This document shows, one piece after another, positions 43,466 to 52,809 of a DNA stretch of 64,000 nt. A program made the translations under genes and the position numbers. Numbering within the stretch: position 1 is the first letter of the stretch; each line of letters starts with the position of its first letter. The notes under the pieces were generated by a model. It made no database searches and was not told where the DNA came from. It saw only the letters and a list, made by a program, of their open reading frames with translations. This DNA is from a virus: positions 13,961-77,960 of the IMG/VR virus record IMGVR_UViG_3300027708_000051; one strand, 5' to 3'.

Positions 43466-43637
43466 TTTAATAGGTAGAACTCTTGATTTGGACTTGGGGT
43501 CTACACCGGTTAATGTAACTATAAAAGAAATTACTGATACCAAAGTGATTGTAGAATATAACCGCTCAACTCCGGGAAGAACTGAAGAGTTTACAATTAT
43601 TGACTTTGAATATTTTAGTGGAATAAAAATTAAATAA
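43455..43637 (+). CDS. Hypothetical protein
   Basis: 60 aa ORF filling operon gap. Confidence 0.5.
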   Translation: MGNSLIGRTLDLDLGSTPVNVTIKEITDTKVIVEYNRSTPGRTEEFTIIDFEYFSGIKIK

Positions 43638-43639
43638 AA

Positions 43640-43897
43640 ATGGGAAATTTAAGACAATCAATGACTGATTCCGAATGGAATGAAATAGAGAATCAGATTA
43701 AAAGAGATAGATTATTGGGAAAACCGGAACACGGACATATTGCGGTTTGGGTGGATAAATTGACTATTAAACAATTAAAAAAACTTAAAAATAAGTTAAA
43801 GAAATGTGGTGTTGATAGTCACGATTGTTCCAAAGTTGACCAATGGATAACGTATAATGAAAACAAAGAACGTGTTACAAATAAAACTAACACATAG
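43640..43897 (+). CDS. Hypothetical protein
   Basis: 85 aa ORF in operon. Confidence 0.5.
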   Translation: MGNLRQSMTDSEWNEIENQIKRDRLLGKPEHGHIAVWVDKLTIKQLKKLKNKLKKCGVDSHDCSKVDQWITYNENKERVTNKTNT

Positions 43898-44585
43898 TCA
43901 ATTAAGTAGCGTCAACGAGTATTGTAAATTAAACAATATTGAGGATGTTGATAAGTTCATTACCAAATGTTATACCGAAGGGTTTAACATAAAAAAATAT
44001 GGTTTACTTGGAGATGATTTGGGAAAAACGGATATTGTTGGTGAAAAACAGGTAGAAATTGAGGTAATCCGTGAAATACGGGTAGAAGTACCTGTTGAAG
44101 TTATCAAAGAGGTTGAGGTAGTTAAAGAAATAATCCGAGAAGTTGAGGTTATTAAAGAAGTTATAGTGGAAGTTCCTGTCCCAAATATAGATAAAATTGG
44201 GGACGAAAATAAAATAAATGAACTGTTGTTAAAAATACAACAGTTGGAAAATCAAGAACCAATTATTAAAGAAGTTATGGTGGAAGTTCCTGTCACAAAT
44301 TTAGACAATATTTGTGACAAACCTGAACCAATAATTGTTGAAAAAATTGTGGAGGTTATCAAAGAAGTTCCGGTTGAAACTATTGTGGAAAGAATAGTTG
44401 AAGTAGAAAAACCAAATGATAAGGTATTACTTCTTCAAGAAACTTTACAGAAACTTAGAAAAGAACTATCTTTAAAAAACACAAGGATTGAAGACCTTGA
44501 AAATATAAATAAACAATTGGAATCAATTAAAGTAAGTCAGGGAGCAGTCTATTTGAAAGGTTCAAACATAAATGAAACAATGTAA
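43857..44585 (+). CDS. V/E/I/K/P repeat (alveolin-like) coiled-coil protein
   Basis: EVIKEVIVEVPV / EKIVEVIKEVPV repeats and C-terminal coiled coil. Confidence 0.6.
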   Translation: MKTKNVLQIKLTHSQLSSVNEYCKLNNIEDVDKFITKCYTEGFNIKKYGLLGDDLGKTDIVGEKQVEIEVIREIRVEVPVEVIKEVEVVKEIIREVEVIKEVIVEVPVPNIDKIGDENKINELLLKIQQLENQEPIIKEVMVEVPVTNLDNICDKPEPIIVEKIVEVIKEVPVETIVERIVEVEKPNDKVLLLQETLQKLRKELSLKNTRIEDLENINKQLESIKVSQGAVYLKGSNINETM

Positions 44586-44586
44586 T

Positions 44587-44865
44587 ATGGAAAATTATTA
44601 TTTAAATGTTAGAGTTAGTGGTGGTAAGGAAGAAATACAAGAATTACTTGAATTACTAACAAAGATACAAATTTTAGGTTCAGTTGGGTCTAGCAGAACT
44701 ATCCCGGTCACAGTAGATGGTGATGGTAGTGCTAGACTACGTTTTGAAACGACCTCAACTGAAAATGACCAAATTGAAAAAATAAAAGAATTTCGTTCTA
44801 TCCAAAAATTCATAAGTGAAGTTGAAGAAGGTGAGAACATAAGTACACATTATATAGGAGAATAA
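44587..44865 (+). CDS. Hypothetical protein
   Basis: ORF 44572..44865; second ATG preferred. Confidence 0.5.
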   Translation: MENYYLNVRVSGGKEEIQELLELLTKIQILGSVGSSRTIPVTVDGDGSARLRFETTSTENDQIEKIKEFRSIQKFISEVEEGENISTHYIGE

Positions 44866-44927
44866 TATTTTTCCCGAACACATCATACATTTTATATTTT
44901 ATGATATTTATATATAAAGGTTAAATT

Positions 44928-45653
44928 ATGAAAATATGTAAAAAATGTGATATTGAAAAATTGTTATGTGATTTTGGTAACAATAAAAATAATAAAGATG
45001 GTAAATCAATTTATTGTAAATCGTGTGAAAAATTAAGAAGTTCAGAATTTAGAAGTAAAAATTCGGATAAGATTAAAGAGAGTAGTAAAAAATGGAGAGA
45101 TAACAATCCTGAAAAATATAAAGAAACTATTGATAGGTATCTAACTAATAATCCGCATATGACTTCAAAAGAAAGATTAAAGAAATATCGTGAAAATTCT
45201 GAGTTTAGGGAAAAACAATTAATAAATAGAAAAGAATATTATTTGAATAATGTTGAAAGTGAAAGAGAGAAAAGAAAACAATATTATTATAATAATAAAA
45301 AAAATGAAAGAAATAAAAATAATGAGTGGAAAAAAAATAAATTAAAAACTGACTCATTAGAACGAATGAAAAAAAATCTTAGAAATAGGATACGAGAATT
45401 TTTAACAGGTGAAAATAAAAGTAAAAGAACCTTTGATATTATAGGACTTGATAAAGAAAATTTTAAGTTGTATATTGAAAGTAAGTTTACTGAAGGTATG
45501 TCTTGGGAAAATTATGGTGAGTGGCATTTAGACCATATAAAACCACTTTATTTATCTGAAAACGAAGAAGATTTATTATCATTAAACCATTACACAAATT
45601 TACAGCCATTATGGGCTGAGGATAATATTAAAAAAAATAGAAAATATGATTAA
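44928..45653 (+). CDS. HNH homing endonuclease (paralog of 39933..40622)
   Basis: CKKC..CKSC; GMSWENYGEWHLDHIKP...HYTNLQPLWAEDNIKK; TATTTATA at 44905-44912. Confidence 0.85.
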   Translation: MKICKKCDIEKLLCDFGNNKNNKDGKSIYCKSCEKLRSSEFRSKNSDKIKESSKKWRDNNPEKYKETIDRYLTNNPHMTSKERLKKYRENSEFREKQLINRKEYYLNNVESEREKRKQYYYNNKKNERNKNNEWKKNKLKTDSLERMKKNLRNRIREFLTGENKSKRTFDIIGLDKENFKLYIESKFTEGMSWENYGEWHLDHIKPLYLSENEEDLLSLNHYTNLQPLWAEDNIKKNRKYD

Positions 45654-45993
45654 CATTTTAACTTGGTTCATATTAAGCTACGGGCTTATGAACATTATGG
45701 TCTACGGGTCAATATTTCAAGGGGTAAGAAACTTCTTTAAAAATTGGGGTGAAAGTCAATTACCGTTTAACGGATTAGGCCACTTCATATCAGGTATATT
45801 AACCTGTCCGATGTGTTTTAGCTTTCACGGGGGTTGGTTTTTATCATTAACAGTATTCTCACCAACTTTAGCATTGTTTGGAACACCACTATGGATTAGT
45901 TGGTTCTTTGATGGGATTTTGTCATCCGGAGCTGTGTGGGCAATAAACGCTATTGTAGAATGGTTTGAGGAAAATAGACCAACAAAAAATTAA
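45646..45993 (+). CDS. Small membrane protein with CxxC (DUF1360-like)
   Basis: Hydrophobic helices, ILTCPMCFSFH. Confidence 0.55.
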   Translation: MINILTWFILSYGLMNIMVYGSIFQGVRNFFKNWGESQLPFNGLGHFISGILTCPMCFSFHGGWFLSLTVFSPTLALFGTPLWISWFFDGILSSGAVWAINAIVEWFEENRPTKN

Positions 45994-45996
45994 GAT

Positions 45997-46524
45997 ATGG
46001 AAAATAAATTAGGTGACTTTGTAATTAAGTTTTTGAAAGATAAAACTGAGACGAGAAAGATTATTAAGTGTGATGATTTTTTTCAGTTGGTAAATGATAT
46101 GGGTATTAGTGATGATAGTGATGAAATTGTTAATATTATAGATTATTTGGAAGACAATAATATAGATATAAATTTTCATAAAGCTAACACTCAAAATTTT
46201 TATACCCGATTTAGAAATATAGAAAGAAAAGTTCAATTATCTAAAATGTTAAGAGGGTCTGAAACAGAAGTTCAAAAGATGATTAAGAAGGTTGAAAGTA
46301 TTAAAATTGATGAGAGACCGGATTGGCTTGATTATTATAAAAATGAGGATGATGAAGATGAAACAACGTTTAATGGTAAACGAACTACAGATAGAGATAA
46401 CAATTTGGGTCAAGACATTATTGATAGATTGACTAATGAGGTTAAGGAACGAATTAATAGTGAACCGGGGATTACTTTAGATGAAATACGAGAACAGATG
46501 AATCAAGAAATAAATAACAATTAA
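45997..46524 (+). CDS. Hypothetical protein
   Basis: 175 aa in operon. Confidence 0.55.
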   Translation: MENKLGDFVIKFLKDKTETRKIIKCDDFFQLVNDMGISDDSDEIVNIIDYLEDNNIDINFHKANTQNFYTRFRNIERKVQLSKMLRGSETEVQKMIKKVESIKIDERPDWLDYYKNEDDEDETTFNGKRTTDRDNNLGQDIIDRLTNEVKERINSEPGITLDEIREQMNQEINNN

Positions 46525-46536
46525 ATAAATACAATT

Positions 46537-46800
46537 ATGCCAAAGTCAAAATTACGTGGTGGAGCAAAGGCTCACAAAGCAAGAGTAACAACAAGAAACA
46601 ACTCTCTTAGAGGATTAAGAAAAAAAGCTCAAGCAGAGTATACTGAAATGTTTGAGAAACAAATGGAGGAGTTGAAAGCCCAATATCAGTCTGAGAATGG
46701 TGAGACAACAGAATTAAACGCTGAGATTATGGGTGATGTAAATGAAATTAACATAACTGATGTTGAAGTTTTAACACCTGAAGTGACTAATGAGAACTAA
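46537..46800 (+). CDS. Hypothetical protein (basic N-terminus, acidic C-terminus)
   Basis: 87 aa in operon. Confidence 0.55.
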   Translation: MPKSKLRGGAKAHKARVTTRNNSLRGLRKKAQAEYTEMFEKQMEELKAQYQSENGETTELNAEIMGDVNEINITDVEVLTPEVTNEN

Positions 46801-47299
46801 GATAGTATCAGCATTTCCCGGGGTAGGAAAAACTACCTATCATAAAAATAATCCTGATACCACTTTGGATTCCGATTCAAGTGGTTTTAGTTGGGTTATT
46901 GATGAACACGGTAATAAAACAAGAAACCCAAGTTTTCCTCAGAACTATATTACTCATATTAAAGAGAACATTGGAAAACACAAATACATCTTTGTTTCTT
47001 CACATAAAGAAGTGAGAGACGCGTTATTGGACAACTGTTTATATTTCTATTTGGTTTATCCGGATGATAACAGAAAAGAGGAGTTCATCCAACGATATAG
47101 AGATAGAGGTAACGATGAGAACTTCATTAAACTAGTTGATTCCAAATGGGATGATTGGATGAGTGAATTTTATTGGATGGATAGAGGATGTGAAAAACTA
47201 ACCGCATATGATGGTTGGAACTTGGATACCGTGTTGGTGGCTCAGGATAGAAGAGATGGTGGTGATTCCATTCAAGAAGAAGTAGAAGAACTGAATTAA
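46790..47299 (+). CDS. P-loop NTPase/kinase-like protein
   Basis: SAFPGVGKT Walker A. Confidence 0.65.
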   Translation: MRTKIVSAFPGVGKTTYHKNNPDTTLDSDSSGFSWVIDEHGNKTRNPSFPQNYITHIKENIGKHKYIFVSSHKEVRDALLDNCLYFYLVYPDDNRKEEFIQRYRDRGNDENFIKLVDSKWDDWMSEFYWMDRGCEKLTAYDGWNLDTVLVAQDRRDGGDSIQEEVEELN

Positions 47300-47304
47300 A
47301 ACAA

Positions 47305-49674
47305 ATGGATTTATTTAATCCCCCCATAGAATTTAATTACACAATAATGATAAAAGATTTAGATATCACAAGTTTTGATAATCCTTACCTACAGATTGTA
47401 TGGGAGGATTATGCTGAAAACTTTACACAAGAAAAAATAAAGAGTGTTCGTCATTACTTCCAAAAGAAGTATAACACAACCAACGTCAACGTAATCACCA
47501 AGACAAAGGTTGCTGACGACACCACACATACCGTAGACATCTCCTTTAACATCTTGGATGAGAACTATCAATTAGAACTAGTTCGTTCATTCTTGGAGTC
47601 AAAGGGGAATATGGAACACTACGATGATATCTACCAACTTAATAGTATTGTGGATAACAAATTGTTACAAACTCAAACTGATGCTGCTCCGTTTAAAAGA
47701 TGGTATATCAAGAACATTGAGTTCTCAAACTTTTTATCCTATGGTGAGAATCAAAAGATAGATTTTGAGAAGTGTGATGGGATTACGGTTGTAGAGTCAA
47801 ACCCACCTAACTTTGGGGGTAAGACAGTTCTTACTGTGGATTTACTTATGTTCTTATTCTTTAATGAGACGACCAAAACATCTAAAGCGGAGGAAATATT
47901 CAACAGGTTTACAGACAGAAACAAAGTTGCCGTAAAAGGTGAGATTACAATCGATGGTGAGGAGTATATTATATTGAGAAATATTGAGAGAAAGTTATCA
48001 AAGAAAAATGAATGGACGGTTAAGACCGAGTTGGACTTTTATAAAAGATTGTCTGATGGTAGTTTGCAGAACTTCACCGGAGAACAACGAAGAGAGACCG
48101 AGGCGTTTATTAAAACGTCTATCGGAACCAAAGAGGACTTCTTAATGACAATCCTAACAACTGCCACCAACTTGGAAGAACTAATTGACGCCAAACCTAC
48201 GGCGAGGGGTCAAGTTCTTTCAAGGTTTATGGGGTTAGATTTCCTTAAACGTAAGGAAGAAGCCGCTAAAGAAATTTATAGTGACTTCTCCAAAGGAATG
48301 TTATCAAACATCTATAACTCTGAAGAACTTAAAACGGATAACCAAACTAGTCAAGAAACAATTGATACCCTAACCGAAACTAATCTTACATTAGATACTC
48401 AATTGGAAGATGCTAAAGCAAGAATCCTTAAAGGACAAGAGTATCGTGATGGGTTGTTAAAATCCAAACACAACATTGATAATGAATTGGTGACGGTTTC
48501 TCCGGACAAAGTTCAGGAAGAGATTAATGGGTTGGACCTACAAAAAGCCAAAGCTATTTCAGATAGAGATGGTGTTAAGGTTGTTGAACCATCTGAATTT
48601 TACCACGAGGACAAACACGATGAGGTGAAACAAGAGATTAAGGATTTGATAACTAAACAAGCGGAGAACAACGCTAAGATTAAAAGTATTGAAGAACTTA
48701 AGAGTTCGGTTGATGGTGGAATCAAATGTGAACACTGTGGTATTGAACTGATGAATGCGGCTATAACCAATGCAAAAATTGGTGAACTTGCAGGATTTAT
48801 CACGCATAAAGAGGAATTATTGGGGTTAATGCGTGAATTAACCAGCAAAGAAGAAAGTTTTGTTAATCTTAAAAAAGAGTTTGATGAGTATGAGAAAAAC
48901 AAACTTATCAAAGAGAAATATGAATTAAGTGTTGAACGTTTCCAATTGATGATTGATGCGTTAAAAACCAAATTGGAAAGATACTCTGAAGTTCAGGATA
49001 AGATTATTGAAAACAATAAGACAGATGGGTTGTTGATTAAAGCGGGGATTAGAATTGATGAACTTGAAGGTGAGAAGAAAACTATTGAAACTAGTATCTC
49101 AAACAATAAGTTTACGATTACTAATCTAACTACCAAGATAACTTCTAACTTGGAAACAATTAGAAAGATTGCTGAAGAAACGGAGAAAGAAAGAATCTAT
49201 AAAATCTATTTGGAAATCTTTGGTAAGAATGGTGTAACCAAACTTATAATGAAAACAATGATGCCACTTATTAATAGTGAACTTCAAAGGTTATTGGAAG
49301 ATAGTTGTCACTTTAGATTGGAGGTTAAGATTAATGATAAGAACGAGGTTGACTTCCTTATGATTGACAACAACACTCAAGTTGAGAAACCGATGTCTTC
49401 CGGTTCAGGATATGAAAGGTCAATAGCGTCACTAGCGTTAAGAGCGGTGTTGAGTAAGATATGTTCATTACCACGTGCAAATCTGGTGGTATTCGATGAG
49501 GTCTTTGGAAAAATATCAAACGATAATTTGGAAATGGTGTCAGAATTTTTTAGTAAAATTAAGGATTATTTTGAAAAAATATTTGTTATAACTCACAATC
49601 CATTAGTTACCAATTGGGCTGATAATGTGGTTAGAATCCGAAAAGAAGAAAATGTTAGCTATGTTTCACAATAA
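47305..49674 (+). CDS. Rad50/SbcC/gp46-like ATPase with N-terminal extension
   Basis: NFLSYG, NFGGKT, CEHC zinc hook, SGSGYE signature, VVFDE, ITH. Confidence 0.88.
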   Translation: MDLFNPPIEFNYTIMIKDLDITSFDNPYLQIVWEDYAENFTQEKIKSVRHYFQKKYNTTNVNVITKTKVADDTTHTVDISFNILDENYQLELVRSFLESKGNMEHYDDIYQLNSIVDNKLLQTQTDAAPFKRWYIKNIEFSNFLSYGENQKIDFEKCDGITVVESNPPNFGGKTVLTVDLLMFLFFNETTKTSKAEEIFNRFTDRNKVAVKGEITIDGEEYIILRNIERKLSKKNEWTVKTELDFYKRLSDGSLQNFTGEQRRETEAFIKTSIGTKEDFLMTILTTATNLEELIDAKPTARGQVLSRFMGLDFLKRKEEAAKEIYSDFSKGMLSNIYNSEELKTDNQTSQETIDTLTETNLTLDTQLEDAKARILKGQEYRDGLLKSKHNIDNELVTVSPDKVQEEINGLDLQKAKAISDRDGVKVVEPSEFYHEDKHDEVKQEIKDLITKQAENNAKIKSIEELKSSVDGGIKCEHCGIELMNAAITNAKIGELAGFITHKEELLGLMRELTSKEESFVNLKKEFDEYEKNKLIKEKYELSVERFQLMIDALKTKLERYSEVQDKIIENNKTDGLLIKAGIRIDELEGEKKTIETSISNNKFTITNLTTKITSNLETIRKIAEETEKERIYKIYLEIFGKNGVTKLIMKTMMPLINSELQRLLEDSCHFRLEVKINDKNEVDFLMIDNNTQVEKPMSSGSGYERSIASLALRAVLSKICSLPRANLVVFDEVFGKISNDNLEMVSEFFSKIKDYFEKIFVITHNPLVTNWADNVVRIRKEENVSYVSQ

Positions 49675-49677
49675 AAG

Positions 49678-49708
49678 TTTGGGGAACATAATTTTTTTCG
49701 TATCTTTG
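49678..49708 (+). promoter_or_regulatory. Bacteroidota-type -33/-7 promoter (49740-sigma operon)
   Basis: TTTG-N19-TATCTTTG. Confidence 0.7.
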
Positions 49709-49739
49709 TAACATAATATCTAATCTAAACGTATAACGT

Positions 49740-50315
49740 ATGAAGGACTTAACCAAATACATTTTATTTGTCTTTACAAAAAACGACAACCCAAAAGAAT
49801 TTACAGAACAAATTGCAGAAGAATTATGTGTTATTTCTGACACACCAAATCTTAATTTTTATTTTGGACCAGAATCATCTGTGTTCACAATCTCAACATT
49901 GGATTCCCACGAGGATGTGAAAGACTATATTGATATGATTTTAGGAGTTGGGGATATTATGTATGTCTTACTACCTTATACTTCTGACAATTTGTCATAC
50001 GGTTTACCTAAAAAAATATCCGAACATCTTTTTAATGATGGTATTAGTGACTTTATGTCAGAAAAACCACTTGGTTCTGAACCAAATGAATTTGAGGTAC
50101 GAAAAATGATACAAGACCAAATCCGTGATAATTTTAAATTAAACATTGAAAACTTTGATTTTGACTATGATGACGATGAGTGGACCGACATTGATGAAAT
50201 TAAAAATAAACAACGTAGTCCATCTTTAGACGAATTATTAGAGAAGATTAAAGAAAAAGGCTTAAATTCGCTGACTGAAAAAGAATTATTACAACTAAAC
50301 AAATATTCAAATTAA
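49740..50315 (+). CDS. Hypothetical protein with C-terminal DUF6576-like motif
   Basis: LDELLEKIKEKGLNSLTEKE. Confidence 0.55.
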   Translation: MKDLTKYILFVFTKNDNPKEFTEQIAEELCVISDTPNLNFYFGPESSVFTISTLDSHEDVKDYIDMILGVGDIMYVLLPYTSDNLSYGLPKKISEHLFNDGISDFMSEKPLGSEPNEFEVRKMIQDQIRDNFKLNIENFDFDYDDDEWTDIDEIKNKQRSPSLDELLEKIKEKGLNSLTEKELLQLNKYSN

Positions 50316-50316
50316 T

Positions 50317-51117
50317 ATGAAAGAAAAAAACTCAGGTATTCCAATTAATCAAGAAGAGATTAACTTGTATTTAAAAGACATTCGTAAAATTAAGGTAATG
50401 ACTCCTGAAAGAGAGAGGGAATTGTCAAAGTTAATTACGTCCGGAACTTTATCTCCAAGAGAGATTGACGAGGTGAACCAAGAACTATTGGAAGGTAACT
50501 TACGTTTTGTTATTACCGTAGCAAAACAATATCAAAATCAAGGTTTAGATTTTCCTGATTTAATCTCTGAGGGTAACTTAGGGTTGATGAAAGCAATCCA
50601 AAACTTTGATTGGTCTAAGAACCTTAGATTTATATCTTACGCTGTGTGGTGGGTTAAACAATCTATTCTTCAATCGTTAAACGACAATGCTCGTACAATC
50701 AGACTACCGGTTAACGTGGTTCAGGATTTACATAGAGCTAAAAAAGCTATTGAATCTAACGGAGGTAAATTAGAAGATAAGTTTCAAAACTTACCTTCAA
50801 TGGTTGATTTGGATATGAGTATTAATGAAGATGGTGATACTCTTGTTGATATTATTAGAAATGACCAAGCGGATATGCCTGACGAAGGGTTTAATACTAA
50901 AGATGAATTAAAGTTACAATTACATTCATTACTAAGTGTATTAGATGAAAGAGAAAAAGTAATTGTAGAGGATTATTATGGTCTTAGTGGGACACCAAGA
51001 ACCCTTGAAGATATTGGAAGTGATTTTAATTTAACAAAAGAACGTGTTAGACAAATCAAAGAGAAAGCCTTACGAAAACTAAGGAATGACAGTTCAATAT
51101 TATTTGAATACTTATAA
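50317..51117 (+). CDS. RNA polymerase sigma-70 factor, Bacteroidota primary-sigma-like
   Basis: NLRFVITVAKQYQNQGL..PDLISEGNLGL, FISYAVWW, TIRLP, TLEDIG..FNLTKERVRQIKEKALRKL; no region 1.1. Confidence 0.93.
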   Translation: MKEKNSGIPINQEEINLYLKDIRKIKVMTPERERELSKLITSGTLSPREIDEVNQELLEGNLRFVITVAKQYQNQGLDFPDLISEGNLGLMKAIQNFDWSKNLRFISYAVWWVKQSILQSLNDNARTIRLPVNVVQDLHRAKKAIESNGGKLEDKFQNLPSMVDLDMSINEDGDTLVDIIRNDQADMPDEGFNTKDELKLQLHSLLSVLDEREKVIVEDYYGLSGTPRTLEDIGSDFNLTKERVRQIKEKALRKLRNDSSILFEYL

Positions 51118-51126
51118 AAAGTTTAG

Positions 51127-51158
51127 AACCTTCTATTTATTATGATAGAAGGTTTTTT
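51127..51158 (+). terminator. Terminator after sigma gene containing TATTTATT motif
   Basis: AACCTTCTAT-N8-ATAGAAGGTT-TTTT. Confidence 0.75.
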
Positions 51159-51188
51159 ACTTTTATGATAAAACTAATACAAAAAATT

Positions 51189-51461
51189 ATGAAAGCAATA
51201 TTAAATTTTATTGATGCGTGGGGAGTAAGAATAATGTTCTTCCTTGTTATTATCACATTTTTCAAAACTTGTAGTACTAACTCAAGAATCCAAGATGTTA
51301 ATGATAGTGTTGATTCCCTATCGGTTAAACTTCGTAAAGAAATAAAAATTGAAGGTCTTAAATCAGAGAAAAGAGCTATTCAAGCGTCTGATAGAAAAAT
51401 CTTAGATGTTAATAGACAAACTGAGATTGACCAAGAAATAAATAAATTAACAAATGATTAA
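51189..51461 (+). CDS. Small membrane/lipoprotein-like coiled-coil protein
   Basis: Hydrophobic helix ending FFKTC, then coiled coil; start uncertain (ORF from 51165). Confidence 0.5.
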   Translation: MKAILNFIDAWGVRIMFFLVIITFFKTCSTNSRIQDVNDSVDSLSVKLRKEIKIEGLKSEKRAIQASDRKILDVNRQTEIDQEINKLTND

Positions 51462-52194
51462 GTCATTATGGGCATCCATTAAGGAACACCCAAATAGAGC
51501 GATGTTCTTGGTACCAATTCTATTGGTTGCCGGAATATCTATATCCCACGTTGTATCTTGGTATAACTTAGCAAACCCAATAAGTTGGGCTATATACTTA
51601 TCCATAGCGATTGAAATTGGTGCAATGACTGCATTGGTTGCTGCAACCAATAAAATCAAAGGTGGAGTATGGTTTATGTTTGGGATTATTACTTTTATTC
51701 AAATGATTGGTAATATCTTTTTCTCTTATAAAGAAATTGATGAGACAGGAGAATTATTTAAATCTTGGATGGAACTAACTGGTCCGGTATGGGAAATGTT
51801 AGGTTCTAAAGCCAATGATGTTATTGCTATGAAACGATGGTTGGCATTCTTAGAAGGTGGATTACTTCCGGTTATCTCGTTAACATCTTTACACTTCTTC
51901 ACAAAATACGATGATGGAAAATCAAGTAATGATGTGATAAAAGAAGTTATTAAAGAAGTTATTGTAGAAAAAGAAGTTATTAAGGAAGTAATTGTTGAGG
52001 TTCCGATTATTGAGGAAGTGATTGTTGAGAAAATAGTTGAAGTTCCGGTTGAGGTGGTCGTTGAAAAATATATTGAGTTACCACAATTTCAATCAGAATC
52101 AGTTGATGAAGTGATTGAAGAAATTATTGAAGAAGATATTATAGATGAATCTCCGAAACCAAATAGATTGAGTTATATTAAACCACAATCATAA
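51454..52194 (+). CDS. Multi-pass membrane protein with alveolin-like V/E/K/P tail
   Basis: About 4 hydrophobic helices; EVIKEVIVEK/EKIVEVPV repeats. Confidence 0.6.
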   Translation: MIKSLWASIKEHPNRAMFLVPILLVAGISISHVVSWYNLANPISWAIYLSIAIEIGAMTALVAATNKIKGGVWFMFGIITFIQMIGNIFFSYKEIDETGELFKSWMELTGPVWEMLGSKANDVIAMKRWLAFLEGGLLPVISLTSLHFFTKYDDGKSSNDVIKEVIKEVIVEKEVIKEVIVEVPIIEEVIVEKIVEVPVEVVVEKYIELPQFQSESVDEVIEEIIEEDIIDESPKPNRLSYIKPQS

Positions 52195-52212
52195 AACATT
52201 AATCTATGTGGA

Positions 52213-52809
52213 ATGATAGATATTATAAAATACGGTGAGTTCAAACCTGTTGGGAAACAAAAAAAGAAACACCAAATCATATTGACACACACATCAAGAA
52301 ACTTCAACGACTATCTTCAGTCGTTGAAGTTTCGTTATAATGGGGATTTTAAACGAATACCTAACTACATTGTTACCCGAGAAGGTAAAATTATTCAATT
52401 ATTGGGAAACACCGAACATTCGGAATACTTCAAAGACCCCAATATAAATCGTAATTCGATTATTATATCATTAGAAAATTTAGGGTGGTTACAAAAAGAA
52501 CCACTAACAGACCATTACATTAACTGGATTGGCGATATTTATAAAGGTAACGTGTTTGAAAAGAAGTGGAGGGATTACTTTTTTTGGCAACCATATACAG
52601 AATCTCAGATTGAAAATCTTGGATTATTATGTAAAAATTTGTTAGACACTGTAAAAATTAAACCTCAAGTTATTGAACATAATACAAAAATAAATGGGAT
52701 TGAAAAATATTGTGGAATTGTAACTAAAAGTAATTTTAGTGTAGATTATACAGATGTTAGCCCCGCATTTAAATTTAATGAACTTTTAAAAAAAATAGAA
52801 AATGAATAA
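52213..52809 (+). CDS. N-acetylmuramoyl-L-alanine amidase-like (Amidase_2 fold), possibly degenerate
   Basis: IILTHT, YIVTREGKIIQL, SIIISLEN, PYTESQI, TDVSP. Confidence 0.75.
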   Translation: MIDIIKYGEFKPVGKQKKKHQIILTHTSRNFNDYLQSLKFRYNGDFKRIPNYIVTREGKIIQLLGNTEHSEYFKDPNINRNSIIISLENLGWLQKEPLTDHYINWIGDIYKGNVFEKKWRDYFFWQPYTESQIENLGLLCKNLLDTVKIKPQVIEHNTKINGIEKYCGIVTKSNFSVDYTDVSPAFKFNELLKKIENE

